64,000 bases of DNA, taken from the NCBI GenBank assembly GCA_038087875.1, contig CM075989.1, positions 24,120,001 to 24,184,000 on the forward strand, written 5' to 3'. This DNA is from Malacoraja senta. Taxonomy: Eukaryota. Below are positions 1-10,205 of the stretch, piece by piece. Under the pieces are notes generated by a model. The model was not told where the DNA came from. It saw only the letters and a list, made by a program, of their open reading frames with translations, and did not search any database. How positions within the stretch are numbered: the stretch's first letter is position 1; the number at the start of each line of letters is the position of its first letter. A program made the translations under genes and the position numbers.

Positions 1-87
1 TAACAGAAGTGTGAAATCTGAAAAAGTGTTGTACTTTATCTTGTAAATGTTTGATTTTGTGTAAATGGCTTGATACCTACCAATATG

Positions 88-493
88 TAGATACATAAAT
101 ACATAGACAATAGGTGCAGGAGGAGGCCATTCGGCCCTTCGAGCCAGCACCACCATTCAATGTGATTATGGCTGATCATCCATAATCAGTACCCCGTTCC
201 TGCCTTCTCCCCATATCCCTTGATTCCGCTAGCCCTGAGCACTATCTAACTCTCTGTTTGAATGCATCCAGTGAATCGGCATCCACTGCCTTCTGAGGCA
301 GAGAAGTCCACAAATTCACAACTCTCTGTGTGAAAAAGTTTTTCATCATCTCGGTTCTAAATGGCCTACCCCTTAGTCTTAAACAAAGCTGCCCCCTGGT
401 TCTTGACTCCCCCAACATCGGGAACATGTTTCCTGTATCTAGCGTGTCCAATCCCTCAATAATTTTATATGTTTCTATAAGATCGCCTCTCAC
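88..493 (-). mobile_element. CR1-clade LINE 3' fragment (family A)
   Basis: ORF 242-493 RGDLIETYKI..FFTQRVVNLW is the CR1 ORF2 C-terminus; 3' UTR with ctcgaagggccgaatggcct and a TTGTCTA/TTTCTATG-type tail. Confidence 0.9.
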
Positions 494-589
494 ATATTAC
501 CCTGGTTTAAGTTTATCTTTGGCACCTGTACAGAGCTACAGGGAACAGCTTTGTTTTGCTTGCTATTCATTCAGTTAATACTCTACGTA

Positions 590-905
590 GATTGGAAAGA
601 TGTTGTCAAGCTGGAAAGGATACCAAGAAGATTTACGAGGATGTTGCCATGACTAGAGGTTTGAGTTATAGGGAGAGATTAAGCTGGGTATTCCTTGGAG
701 CACAGGAGGATGAGGGGTGATCTTACAAAGGTGTATAACATCATGAGTAATAGATCGGGTAGACGCCTAGAGTCTCTTGTTGATACCTGGAAAGGACAGG
801 TTTGGACCAAACGCAGGCACGTGGGACCAGTGTAGCTGGGACATGTTGACCAGTGTTGGGCCGAAGGGCCTGTTTCCACACTGTATCACTCTCTGACTCT
901 ATACA
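590..905 (+). mobile_element. CR1-clade LINE 3' fragment (family B, HER1-like)
   Basis: Decayed CR1 ORF2 end, then gggccgaagggcctgtttccacactgtatcactct, the 3' end shared with the HE1-like SINE. Confidence 0.8.
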
Positions 906-1165
906 ATCAAACCAAACTTGGGTACAATAGGCAGAGCAAAGGGAAAGAGTGCTGAATATAGTTCTCAGCACTGAAGCGCAGAATTGAAGTGAAGCCATTG
1001 CTGGATCTTTACGCTTTGGTTAGAACATTACTGAGCTGAAGGCAATTCATTATGTGAATCACACCGCAATAAAGCAATTCCTGCAGTGAACTGAGTTGAG
1101 GTATGATTGTTTGAAGTTGCCAAATAAATACTTGGTTCTCTGACATTTCTTATGGGTGGTATAGA

Positions 1166-1445
1166 GGCACAGCAGTAGAGTTGCTGCCTTGCAGCACCAG
1201 AGACCCAGGTTCAATCCTGACTATGGGTGCTGTCTGTAAGGAGTTTGTACGTTCACCATGTGACCGCGTGGGTTTTCTCCGGGTGCTCCAGTTTCCTCTC
1301 ACATTCCCAAGACGTGCAGGTTTGTAGGTTAATTGGCTTCTGTTAATTGTCCCTAGTGTGTGGGATAGAACTAGTGTACGGGGTGATCGCTGGTCAGCGT
1401 GGACTTGGTTGGCCGAAGGACCTGTTTCCACGGCGTATCTCCAAT
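1166..1445 (+). mobile_element. HE1-like tRNA-derived V-SINE
   Basis: B-box-like ggttcaatcc, V-domain core (ggagtttgtacgttc..gggttttctccgggtgctcc..tttcct), tail gccgaaggacctgtttcc. Confidence 0.85.
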
Positions 1446-1610
1446 GTAATGTATTACCGTGACTATTAGATTGCATAATGGTGCTGCAAAGTGAGATAGC
1501 GACCAGATTATCAGAGATAACGACTGATTTTAAGCAATCTTGGTTGAGAAATAAAGAATTGTCTGTATATGGGGAAAACATAAAACCAGGAAAATACTGC
1601 AAGTATTCAG

Positions 1611-2100
1611 AAGGTCTGAAGAAGGGTCTCGGCCTGAAACGTTGCCAATTTCCTTCGCTCCATAGATGCTGCTGCACCCGCTGGGTTTCTCCAGCATTTT
1701 TGTCTACCATAAGTATTCAGTAGGTGGGTTAATATTCAAAGATGATGAGCTTTCATCAGAACTGGAAATGTTAGAAATTAATATGTGTTAACTTGTTCTT
1801 CAGGAAAAAAAGTTTTTTAATGCACATTTGGGAGAACTGATGGGGATAACAGCATTTCATTCAAAAGACAATACCAGCCATATGACACTATCTGTGGATG
1901 AAGGAACTGCAAGATGCTGGTTTACATCGAAGATAGACACAAAACGCTGCAGTTACTCAGCATCTCTAGACAATCTCTGGAGCATTTCTGGAGAAAAGGA
2001 ATGGGTTTCGTTTTGGGTCTCAACCTGAAACGACGCCCATTCCTTCTCTCCAGAGATGCTGCCTGTCCCGCTGAGTTACTCCAGCATTTTGTGACACTCC
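1611..2100. mobile_element. Penelope-like terminal-repeat fragments (direct copy 1611-1710; inverted pair 1900-2100)
   Basis: ctgaagaagggtctcggcctgaaacgtt..gatgctgc..ctccagcatt motif; same repeat follows a PLE ORF remnant at 49360-50050. Confidence 0.7.
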
Positions 2101-2531
2101 ATCTGTTCTGTTTGAGGAGTTGGTTTTAGTATTGAAGTCTTTGGCAAGAGTTTAAAAACTTATCCTTTGGATTCTAAGGCATTATTGACATGTCTGGATG
2201 ATATTAATTTCTAAATTTAGTTATTAGTTTCTAAACGATATCATTTAATTCACTATGAAGATGTTTAAACCAAACTTGCTTGGTTAATGTTATGCTGTCT
2301 TTGTGAGCTCTACTGATTCCAGGAGGTATGATTGACCTGATATCTTTAGATTAGTTTCAAAGAGGAAAACATGCTAAAAATGATGGATTATATATGGAGA
2401 GGAATTAGTTTGAAGGCGCTGGAAAATTGGAGCGATTAGAATGAAATCAATTTAACGGTCACTGTTTGTATGTAGTTCCTTCATGGGAGGAAAAGGGAAA
2501 AACTTGTTTATTCTTTCCTTTTATTTTCTAG

Positions 2532-2651
2532 GGAAATGGGGACCAATCGCAGACTGTCTACTTTGTTCCTGAATTTGCACTTTCTCCACAAGGGAGCTTT
2601 TTGGAAGATACGACGGGAGAGAAGGCCCTGACTTACCGTTACGATGATCAG
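2532..2651 (+). CDS. ADAMTSL3: Internal coding exon of ADAMTS-like protein 3 (punctin-2), N-terminal segment before the first TSR
   Basis: Polypyrimidine tract and acceptor (ttctttccttttattttctag, AG at 2530-2531), 120-bp open frame GNGDQSQTVYFVPEFALSPQGSFLEDTTGEKALTYRYDDQ, donor gtcagt at 2652. Matches recalled human ADAMTSL3 YFLPEFALSPQGSFLEDTTGEQFLTYRYDDQ. Confidence 0.93.
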
Positions 2652-2720
2652 GTCAGTGCATGGTTATCTCAAACAGCAGTCCATGTCAACAAGGGGCTAC
2701 GTGACAAGCCAGATCTGCAA

Positions 2721-3431
2721 TCTATATATTACTAAAATTCTCATCTTGTTTGATTGTATGTGTGCGTGAGATCCCGAAACCCTGCCAAAATGGTACACGA
2801 TAGCGCCACAATTTTGGCCCACCTTGCTCACCATTCTTCTGTGATGTAAATGAAACAAATTTCGTTCACATTGATGGTATATTTTACAAGTTATTGACAT
2901 TTTAAACTTTACAATAATCACTTATCAAACCACTTTTCCACTTGCCCTGCCCGTCAGCCGCGTTCGACGTCATAATGGGATCTCAATTTTTTTTTTTTAA
3001 TCGCTATTTTCATTGACATTGATTTTATTCTAAAAAAAACCCTTTTTAATCAAATACTTCCATTTTCATTAACAACTCACATTCTTTAGGTTATTGCAAA
3101 GGAAAAAACACGATTTTCATTGAGAATTTCATTTAGAAAAAAATCTCGATTTCCATTGAGATTTATTTTATGCTTTAAAAAAAATCAGTTTTAATCGGAT
3201 CCCAACGGGTCCGCACGTGCACAGTTGGGGAGGGTTGCCTTTTTGAGATTGCCATTTGATTTGCTCAACCACCTCCTCCACCCTCCCCCACGTGGGGTCC
3301 TGAGCATCCTGATTGGCTCCAGCAGCTTCCCCCCCCCCCCCTACATGGGGTCCATTGATTGGCTCCGACCTCCCGCTCGACACCCGATTGGTCCAGGGTT
3401 CCACGTGGGGTGAGCGCTGATGCCGGTCTAG
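2721..3431 (+). mobile_element. Probable non-autonomous Helitron
   Basis: Starts A|TCTATATATTACTAAAA and ends GGTCTAG|T (insertion between A and T, no TSD); GC-rich subterminal ccacgtgggg repeats; 3' hairpin is weak. Confidence 0.5.
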
Positions 3432-3599
3432 TCAAACATATAATTATCTCAACCCGAAACGTCACCCATTCCTTCTCTCCAGAGATGCTGCCTGTCCCGC
3501 TGAGTTACTCCAGCTTTTTGAGTCTATCATATAATTATAATTTCTCAGGGAACCCCTCCTATCATCAGCGAGCATGGGGTCTTGTTCAATTTCAAAAGA

Positions 3600-4530
3600 G
3601 TGAAGAGGGTTTTATTGTCACATGTCACATAGAACAATGACATTCTTGCCTCAGTGCAACAGAATATGTAAACATAGTACATAACGGGAGAAGAAAAATA
3701 AAGTTCAGTGCGTGTATATACATGCACACATACTCAATAAATAACAAATATAGTGCAATAATAATAATAATAGTCTGTTGCAGTTCAGAGCTTATTTGTT
3801 GTCATGTTTAATAGCCTGATGGCTGTAGGGAAGAAGCTATTTCCTGAACCTGGACGTTACAGTTTTCAGGCTCCTGTACCTTCTTCCCGATGGCAGTGGT
3901 GAAGGGAGCGTGTGGCCAGGATGGTGTGGGACTTTGATGTTGGCTGCCTTTTTGAGGCAGCGACTTGGATAGATCCCTTCAATGGTGGGGAGGTTAGAGC
4001 CGGTGATGGACTGGGCAGTGGTCACAACTTTTTGCAGTCTTTTCCGCTCCTGGACGTTCAAGTTGCCGAACCAGGCCACGATGCAGCCAGACAGTATGCT
4101 CTCTACCGTGCACCTGTAGAGGTTCAGGAGAATCCTCTTCGACATACCGAATCTCTGTAATCTTCTCAGGAATTAGAGGCGCCGATGAGCCTTCTTTATA
4201 ATTGCATCAGTGTGCTGGGTCCAGGAAAGATCTTCGGAGATATGCACGCCCAGGAATTTGAAGTTTTTGACCCTCTCCACCATCGTCCCATTGATGTAAA
4301 CAGGGTTGTGGATCCTCATCTTTCCCCTTCCAAAGCCCACAATCAGTTCCTTGGTCTTACTGATGTTGAGAGTCAGGTTGTTGTGCTGGCACCATTTGGT
4401 CAATCAGTTGATCTCACTTCTATACTCTGACTCATCACCATCTGTGATTCATCCAACAGTGGTGTCATCGGCAAACTTGATGATGGAGTTCACACTATGT
4501 CTGGCTACGCAGTCATGAGTATAGAGTGTT
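3600..4530 (-). mobile_element. Rex1/Babar-clade LINE 3' portion
   Basis: Minus ORFs WCQHNNLTLNISKTKELIV..FKFLGVHISEDLSW..KKAHRRL and YRCTVESILSGCIVAWFGN..LPSGRRYRS; 3' end atgtgacaataaa. Confidence 0.85.
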
Positions 4531-4565
4531 AAAACTCTTTTCTCTTGACCCGAGTAGTAGCAGTC

Positions 4566-4657
4566 AAATACGGGACAAGAGTAGTCCCATATGGGTCAAA
4601 CCAATTTAGCCCAACATACGGGATGTCCCGGCTAATACGGGACAGTTGGCAACCCTA
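4566..4657. mobile_element. hAT-type DNA transposon terminal fragment
   Basis: Ends ttggcaacccta (reverse complement TAGGGTTGCCAA) with subterminal tacggga repeats; other end not seen. Confidence 0.5.
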
Positions 4658-6524
4658 GTTCCGACCTGAAACCCCAGAGGTGCTGCCTGACCCGCTGAGT
4701 TATTCCAGCATTTTATGTCTGTCCTATCAGTAAACCAACATTTGCAGTTTCTTCCCACACTAATTAGTAACCAAAATAGAAAATAATCAATAAAACTCTG
4801 GAATGCACAGACGTGAGATGCTTAATGCAAAGGCCACAAAATGTTGTCTGTGGATCTGTGGATCTGACCGAGGATGGATTTTGATTACCATGAGTTTTTC
4901 TTCAAAACAATCCACTAAATTATTTTGGGCCATAACTGTAAAAATAAAATAATACTGGGAATTTATTCCAGCCAACCTTCAGAATGATTGTGCCAGGAAC
5001 ATAAGAAATCACTCATCAGTACACGGCAGTGGTTTTGAATCAGTCATTAAATACACTCGATGATTGTTCAAATAATTGTGAAAAAATGAGCTTGGAATGT
5101 CTTGCTCAATTAACCTCCAGATCCTTGGTGTAGATGGTGGGACCGGAGTCTTTAACTGATGTTATGGGCTCAGGATATTTCGCAACTAACTTCACCATAA
5201 AATTAAATAATGTTCAAATAATGCCTCACTGTGACTTTATATTTACATTCTAACAACATTTAATATCTGGAAAGCTCTGCGGTAGACTACATATTTACGT
5301 GACTTTGTGTGCTAGGGTAATGAAAATAGGAATGTAATTGGCTTAATGTAAGTATGGGTCAAGATGTTTCGCTTTGGGTTGCAATGTTGTTTCTTGGCAA
5401 CTCTTGCAGCGAGCAAGGCAATTATTCTAAGAAGTGTATTATCGATAAGAAGACTACAATTATTGTGATTATGCCGGGCAACTAATGAGACATCTTACAT
5501 TTGAGGTATAGCTAAGGAAATGGCTATTGCTATTGTAATTTTCTTTCTTTCAGTTATGCAGCTGGTTAAATAAGATTACATTCCTATTTCCCCGTCTTGG
5601 TTCGACATGCCGATTGTTGAATATATATGGTTATTATAAGTCGTCGTCAACCTTCCATCAGAGTTTATTGGAGATGTCCTGCGTGAAGTACTGATATATG
5701 AAGCAAATCATTCAAGGAGTGGAACAAAATGATGAACTTCCTGTAAATTTAATTTGACGGAAGTGGACAGCTAGCTTTTTGCTTGCGCTGGTTAAGCCTC
5801 AATTGTGAATTGGGAGTCAGACTAATGAACACTGGTTTCCTCTTGTAAGTGATGCATGCATCTCAGGAAGCAGGGAATAAGACACAGATGCTATTTCAGC
5901 AGAGACTAAACTTTTTATTAAAGTAACTCTCTGGAAGAATGCTACATACTATGCAATGCAAATCATACCCAAAAATGTGCCGCGCAGCAAGTTAAAGTTG
6001 GGAAGTAAAATGCACACCTCCAGATTCGGGGACAGTTTCTTCCCTGCAATATTCGGGCAACTGAATAGATCTCTCACCAGCTAGAGTGCGATCCTGACCT
6101 CCCATCTACTGCATTGGAGATTTTGTGAACAATCTTTAATTGAACTTTATTGGACTTAAATGTTCACTGAGTATCAGTAAGCTTGGATATCTTGCATTTC
6201 ATCATCCTCGTCCAAATCACGGAATAGCAGGCTCCTTGGCACCAAAAACCACAGCACCTCAACACCCCCCCCCCCCTCCCCTTTGCAAACTTCCATTCTG
6301 AAGTTGATGCATTTATTCCTACTGTTTGCTATTCATGTTTTTTTTTATGTTGACCCTGTGTAATCCTTAACTCTTACCAATATATTATCCTCCACTTCGA
6401 GCTCTAAATTTGTATAATATCCTTGTCTGGAATTGCATTGAATTTCTCCTGAAATCACAAATCTACCAGACTCACTTTTTCTTATCCATTGTACTGGTTA
6501 CAATCTTCAAGTGTGAACATTTTT

Positions 6525-6810
6525 TTAGTTTTAGAGATGCAGCGTGGAAACAGGCTCTTCTGCCCTAGTCCACGTTGACCAGCGATCGCCCGTACACCAG
6601 TTCTATCCTACACACTAGGGACAATTTACAGAAGCCAATTAACCTACAAACCTACAAGTCTTTGGAATGTGGGAGGAAACTGGAGCACCCGGAGAAAACC
6701 CACATGGTCACAGGGAGAACGTACAAACTTCGTACACAGCACCCGAGGTCAGGATCGAACCTGGGTCCCTGGTGTTGTAAGGCAGCAGCTCCACCACTGC
6801 GCCACCATGC
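6525..6810 (-). mobile_element. HE1-like V-SINE
   Basis: Reverse complement of the SINE consensus from tail (ttagagatgcagcgtggaaacagg) to head (cactgcgccacc). Confidence 0.85.
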
Positions 6811-7204
6811 AAGAGGATCTCGACCTGAAACGTCACCCATTCTCTCTCTCTCCAGAGATGTTGCCTGTCCCTCTGAGTTACTCCAGCATTTTGTGTGTCT
6901 CTTCAGTTTTAACCAGCATCTGCAATTCCTTCACACACAAGATAATATCCTTGTCTGGCACTGCATTGAAGATCTCCTGAAGTTACAACTCCACCAGAAA
7001 CACAACTGTTTTTCCTTATCCATTTTACTGGTTACTATCTTCAAGGGCTAACTGATTTGTGACATGTTGGTTTCCTTGTGGAAATCCATGTTGACACTAA
7101 CCAATTCTAATATGCTCTAAATATTCAGTTACCATTTCTAATTGGTTTATGGTTTATCTTCATATCACATCCTTAATCTTCATAATCGCATCCCTCCGTA
7201 TCTT

Positions 7205-7555
7205 AAGATCATAAGTGATAGTAGAATTAGGCCATTCGGCAAAATCAAGTCTACTCCGCCATTCAATCATGGCTATTCTATCTCCCGCTCCTAACCCCAT
7301 TCTCCTGCCATCTCCCCATAACCTCCGACACCCTTGCTAATCAAGAATCCATCTATCTATGTCTTAAATATATCCACTAACTTTTCCTCCACAGCCATTG
7401 GTGGCAAAGAATTCCACACATTCACCACTCCCTGACTAAACAAATTCCTACTCATCTCCTTCCTAAAAGAATGTCCTTTAATTCTGAGGCTATAACCTCC
7501 AGTCCTAGAATCTCTCGTGAGTGGAAACATCCTCTCCACATCCACGCCTTTCACG
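7205..7555 (-). mobile_element. CR1 3' fragment (family C)
   Basis: ORF 7357-7554 VDVERMFP..SLRIKG; UTR ggcggagtagacttg. Similar copies at 11873-12275(-), 26503-26695(+), 29265-29612(+), 44450-44805(-), 48850-49175(+), 59415-59600(-). Confidence 0.8.
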
Positions 7556-8459
7556 ATCCCAGCCTTTCACTATTCTTAAGATGCAGGTCAACAGATGCTG
7601 AGGATTTATTGGCTTTCAATCCTATTAATTTTTCCAATATGATTTCCTTTACTAATGCTGATTTCTTTCAGCTCATTCACTGTAGTTCTGTTGTTTCCAA
7701 TGAAGCATAATTATTTAATTTTCTTGCCATTTCCTTTATCCCCAACATAATTTCTTCCAGATTAACTTTTGCTAATCTTTTCCTCTTTATGTGCCCATGG
7801 AAACCTTTGCAGTAGTTTTGGATCTTGAGAGATTAGAGTGATATTCTATGTTTTATATTGGTATCATTACCCTGGTCTTTCCATGTTGAATGCTGATCAT
7901 TTTCTCATGCTCATACTTTTTTTGTGATGTTATAAACAGATTTAATAGTAATTACTTTTGTTAGTCATGGAGGGACAATCTTCTTTGTTTTCTTTCTTTA
8001 ACAACGTACATGTTGCTTTTAAACAAATTATGTAATGAAATATTAACCACCACTAGTTTATTATCATATCTTTTATAGTAGTTTCTCAATCCACCACAGC
8101 CAACTCGTGCCTCTGTTTTGATTTAAGTCTCTGGCTACATTTTGAGATAATTCGCTTGCAATCTTTATATAAAATTCTATTGTGTAATGGTTATTCTTTC
8201 CTCAAGGTCCGTGAACCACAACATTAACATTGAACCTTTTTCTCATTGTCTAATACTGGACAAATGATCCTGAAAACAAGTTTATATTCTCCATTGGTTC
8301 ATCCTCTACACTATTACAGTTAATTTGGCTCGCCCAGTCTTTATACAGATTTCCTGTTATTATTCTATGGTCCTTGCTGTACCTTCAGTTTCCTGGCTTA
8401 TACTCCTGTCTTACATCACTCCTAATTTGTACAGACAAACCCACTAACATTTTATGCCC

Positions 8460-8730
8460 TTAGTTTAGTTTAGAGATACAGCGTGGAAACATGCCTTTCG
8501 GCCCGCACCGACCAGCGATCCCTGTACTCTAGCACTATCCTACACACTCGGGACTATTTACAATTATACCAAGCTAATTAACCTACAAACCTGCACGTCT
8601 TTGGAGTGTGGGAGGAAACCGGAGCACCTGGAGAAAACCCACATGGTCACAGGAAGAACGTACAACCTTAGTACAGACATCACCCGTAGTCAGGATCGAA
8701 CCCGGGACTCTGGCGCTGTGAGGCAAAAAC
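8460..8730 (-). mobile_element. HE1-like V-SINE
   Basis: SINE consensus with (CTAAA)n tail on the minus strand. Confidence 0.85.
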
Positions 8731-9884
8731 TTATACCATGCTTATTCTTCACTTCATCCAAAGTAATACTACTTAATTTCCTGCGCTAAGATCTTTCCAA
8801 CTATTCTCCATACCCCATCCCTCATTATCAGATGTTCTTGTTTCCATCCCGTGAATTGGATATAACATGATTGCTGAATTAGGGAAATTATCTGTATTAC
8901 ATGAGCTGAATTAGTTTTTATGTGATTTTGATCAGGAACTAGTAAAAGTTACAATTGGTAATTGATGCTGCCTTGCAAAACCAATACCCAGCCTGGCGAG
9001 AAGGGGGGGGGGAGAATTGTTTTTGTGAAGCTATTGTGAAGCTATTTTCCACAATACTTGCTTTCTAAGGATGCAACTATCATGTTTTCACAGTATTACC
9101 TGTCTCTATATTTCCATGTTGCCCTTCATTTCCAAACGTACATCTTTAAACTCCAACTTTGAAGTTGGAAGAAGTTTGTCTGAAGAAGGGTCTTGTCCTG
9201 AAACATCCATCCATCCATTTGCTCCAGGGATGCTGCCTAACCTGGGTTACTCCAGCATTTGGTTCCTCTCCTTGGTAAACAAGCATCTGGAGTTCTTTAG
9301 ATTCATAGTCGTACAGTGTGAATACAGGCCCTTCATCTCAACCTGCCCATGCTGACCAACCTACCCCACCTACACTAGTTCCACCTGCCTGTGTTTGGCC
9401 CATATCCCTCCAAACCTGTTCTATCATGTACCTGTCCAATTGTCTCTTAAGCGCTATGATACTACTTGCCTCAACTACCTCCTTGTTTTGGAGGTAGTTA
9501 CACAAAATGCTGGAGTAACTCAGCGGGTGAGGCAGCATCTCTGGAGAGAAGGAATGGGCGAGGTTTCAGGTCGAGACCCTTCACACTATTCCCCAACCTC
9601 CGTGTTACTACATGTTAAACTATCCATATTTCAACTATTGTAACCTTTAAGAAACATTTAAACAGATACATGGATATGACGGGTTTAGAGGGATATGGGC
9701 CAAATGCCGGCAGGTGGGACTAGTGTAGATGGGACATGATGGCCGGTATAGGCAAGTTGGGTCGAAGGGCCTGTTTCCATGCTGTATCACTTTGTGACTC
9801 TATAATGGTTGTGTGCATCTATAATATAGCAGATATGATGTGCTGTAGCAGAAACAACACAAGTTGACAATTAAGATTTTATTA

Positions 9885-10205
9885 CATAGAAACATAGACA
9901 ATAGGTGCAGGAGTAGACCATTCGGTCCTTCGAGCCTGCACCGCCATTCAATATGATCATGGCTGATCATCCAGAATCAGTGCCCTGCTTCTGCTTTCTC
10001 CACATATCCCTTGATTCCGTTAGCCCCAAGAGCTATATCTATCTCATCCAGTGAATTGGCCTCCCCTGTCTTCTGTGGCAGAGAATTCCACAGATTCGCA
10101 ACTCTCTGGGTGAAAAAGTTTTTCCTCATCTCAGTCCTAAATGGCCGACCCCTTATTCTTAAACTGTGACCCCTGGTTCTGGACTTCCCCAACATCGGAA
10201 ACATT
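9885..10205 (-). mobile_element. CR1 3' fragment (family A)
   Basis: MFPMLGKSRTRGHSLRIRGRPFRTEMRKNFFTQRV and UTR. Similar copies at 11165-11450(+), 45580-45865(+), 48205-48415(+). Confidence 0.9.

Larger units (their letters stand above)
6160..8860 (-). mobile_element. Ancient, heavily decayed CR1 ORF2 remnant interrupted by younger repeats
   Basis: Residual minus-strand motifs in ORF2 order: ISK-like ~6185, SQHGF ~7085, GLKANKS ~7610; interrupted by SINE, PLE and younger CR1 insertions. Confidence 0.5.

Noticed and set aside
1150..1710. 186-aa ORF and the many similar ECGRKPE/GERTNS/DAACPAELLQH ORFs
   Set aside because: Chance frames through SINE and PLE repeats.
2255..2326. Possible signal-peptide exon ending at gag|gtatga
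   Set aside because: The frame that would splice in phase to 2532 contains TGA.
5554..5700. Acceptor-like ttttctttctttcag followed by a short open frame
   Set aside because: Phase-0 frame ends in a stop with no similarity to ADAMTSL3.
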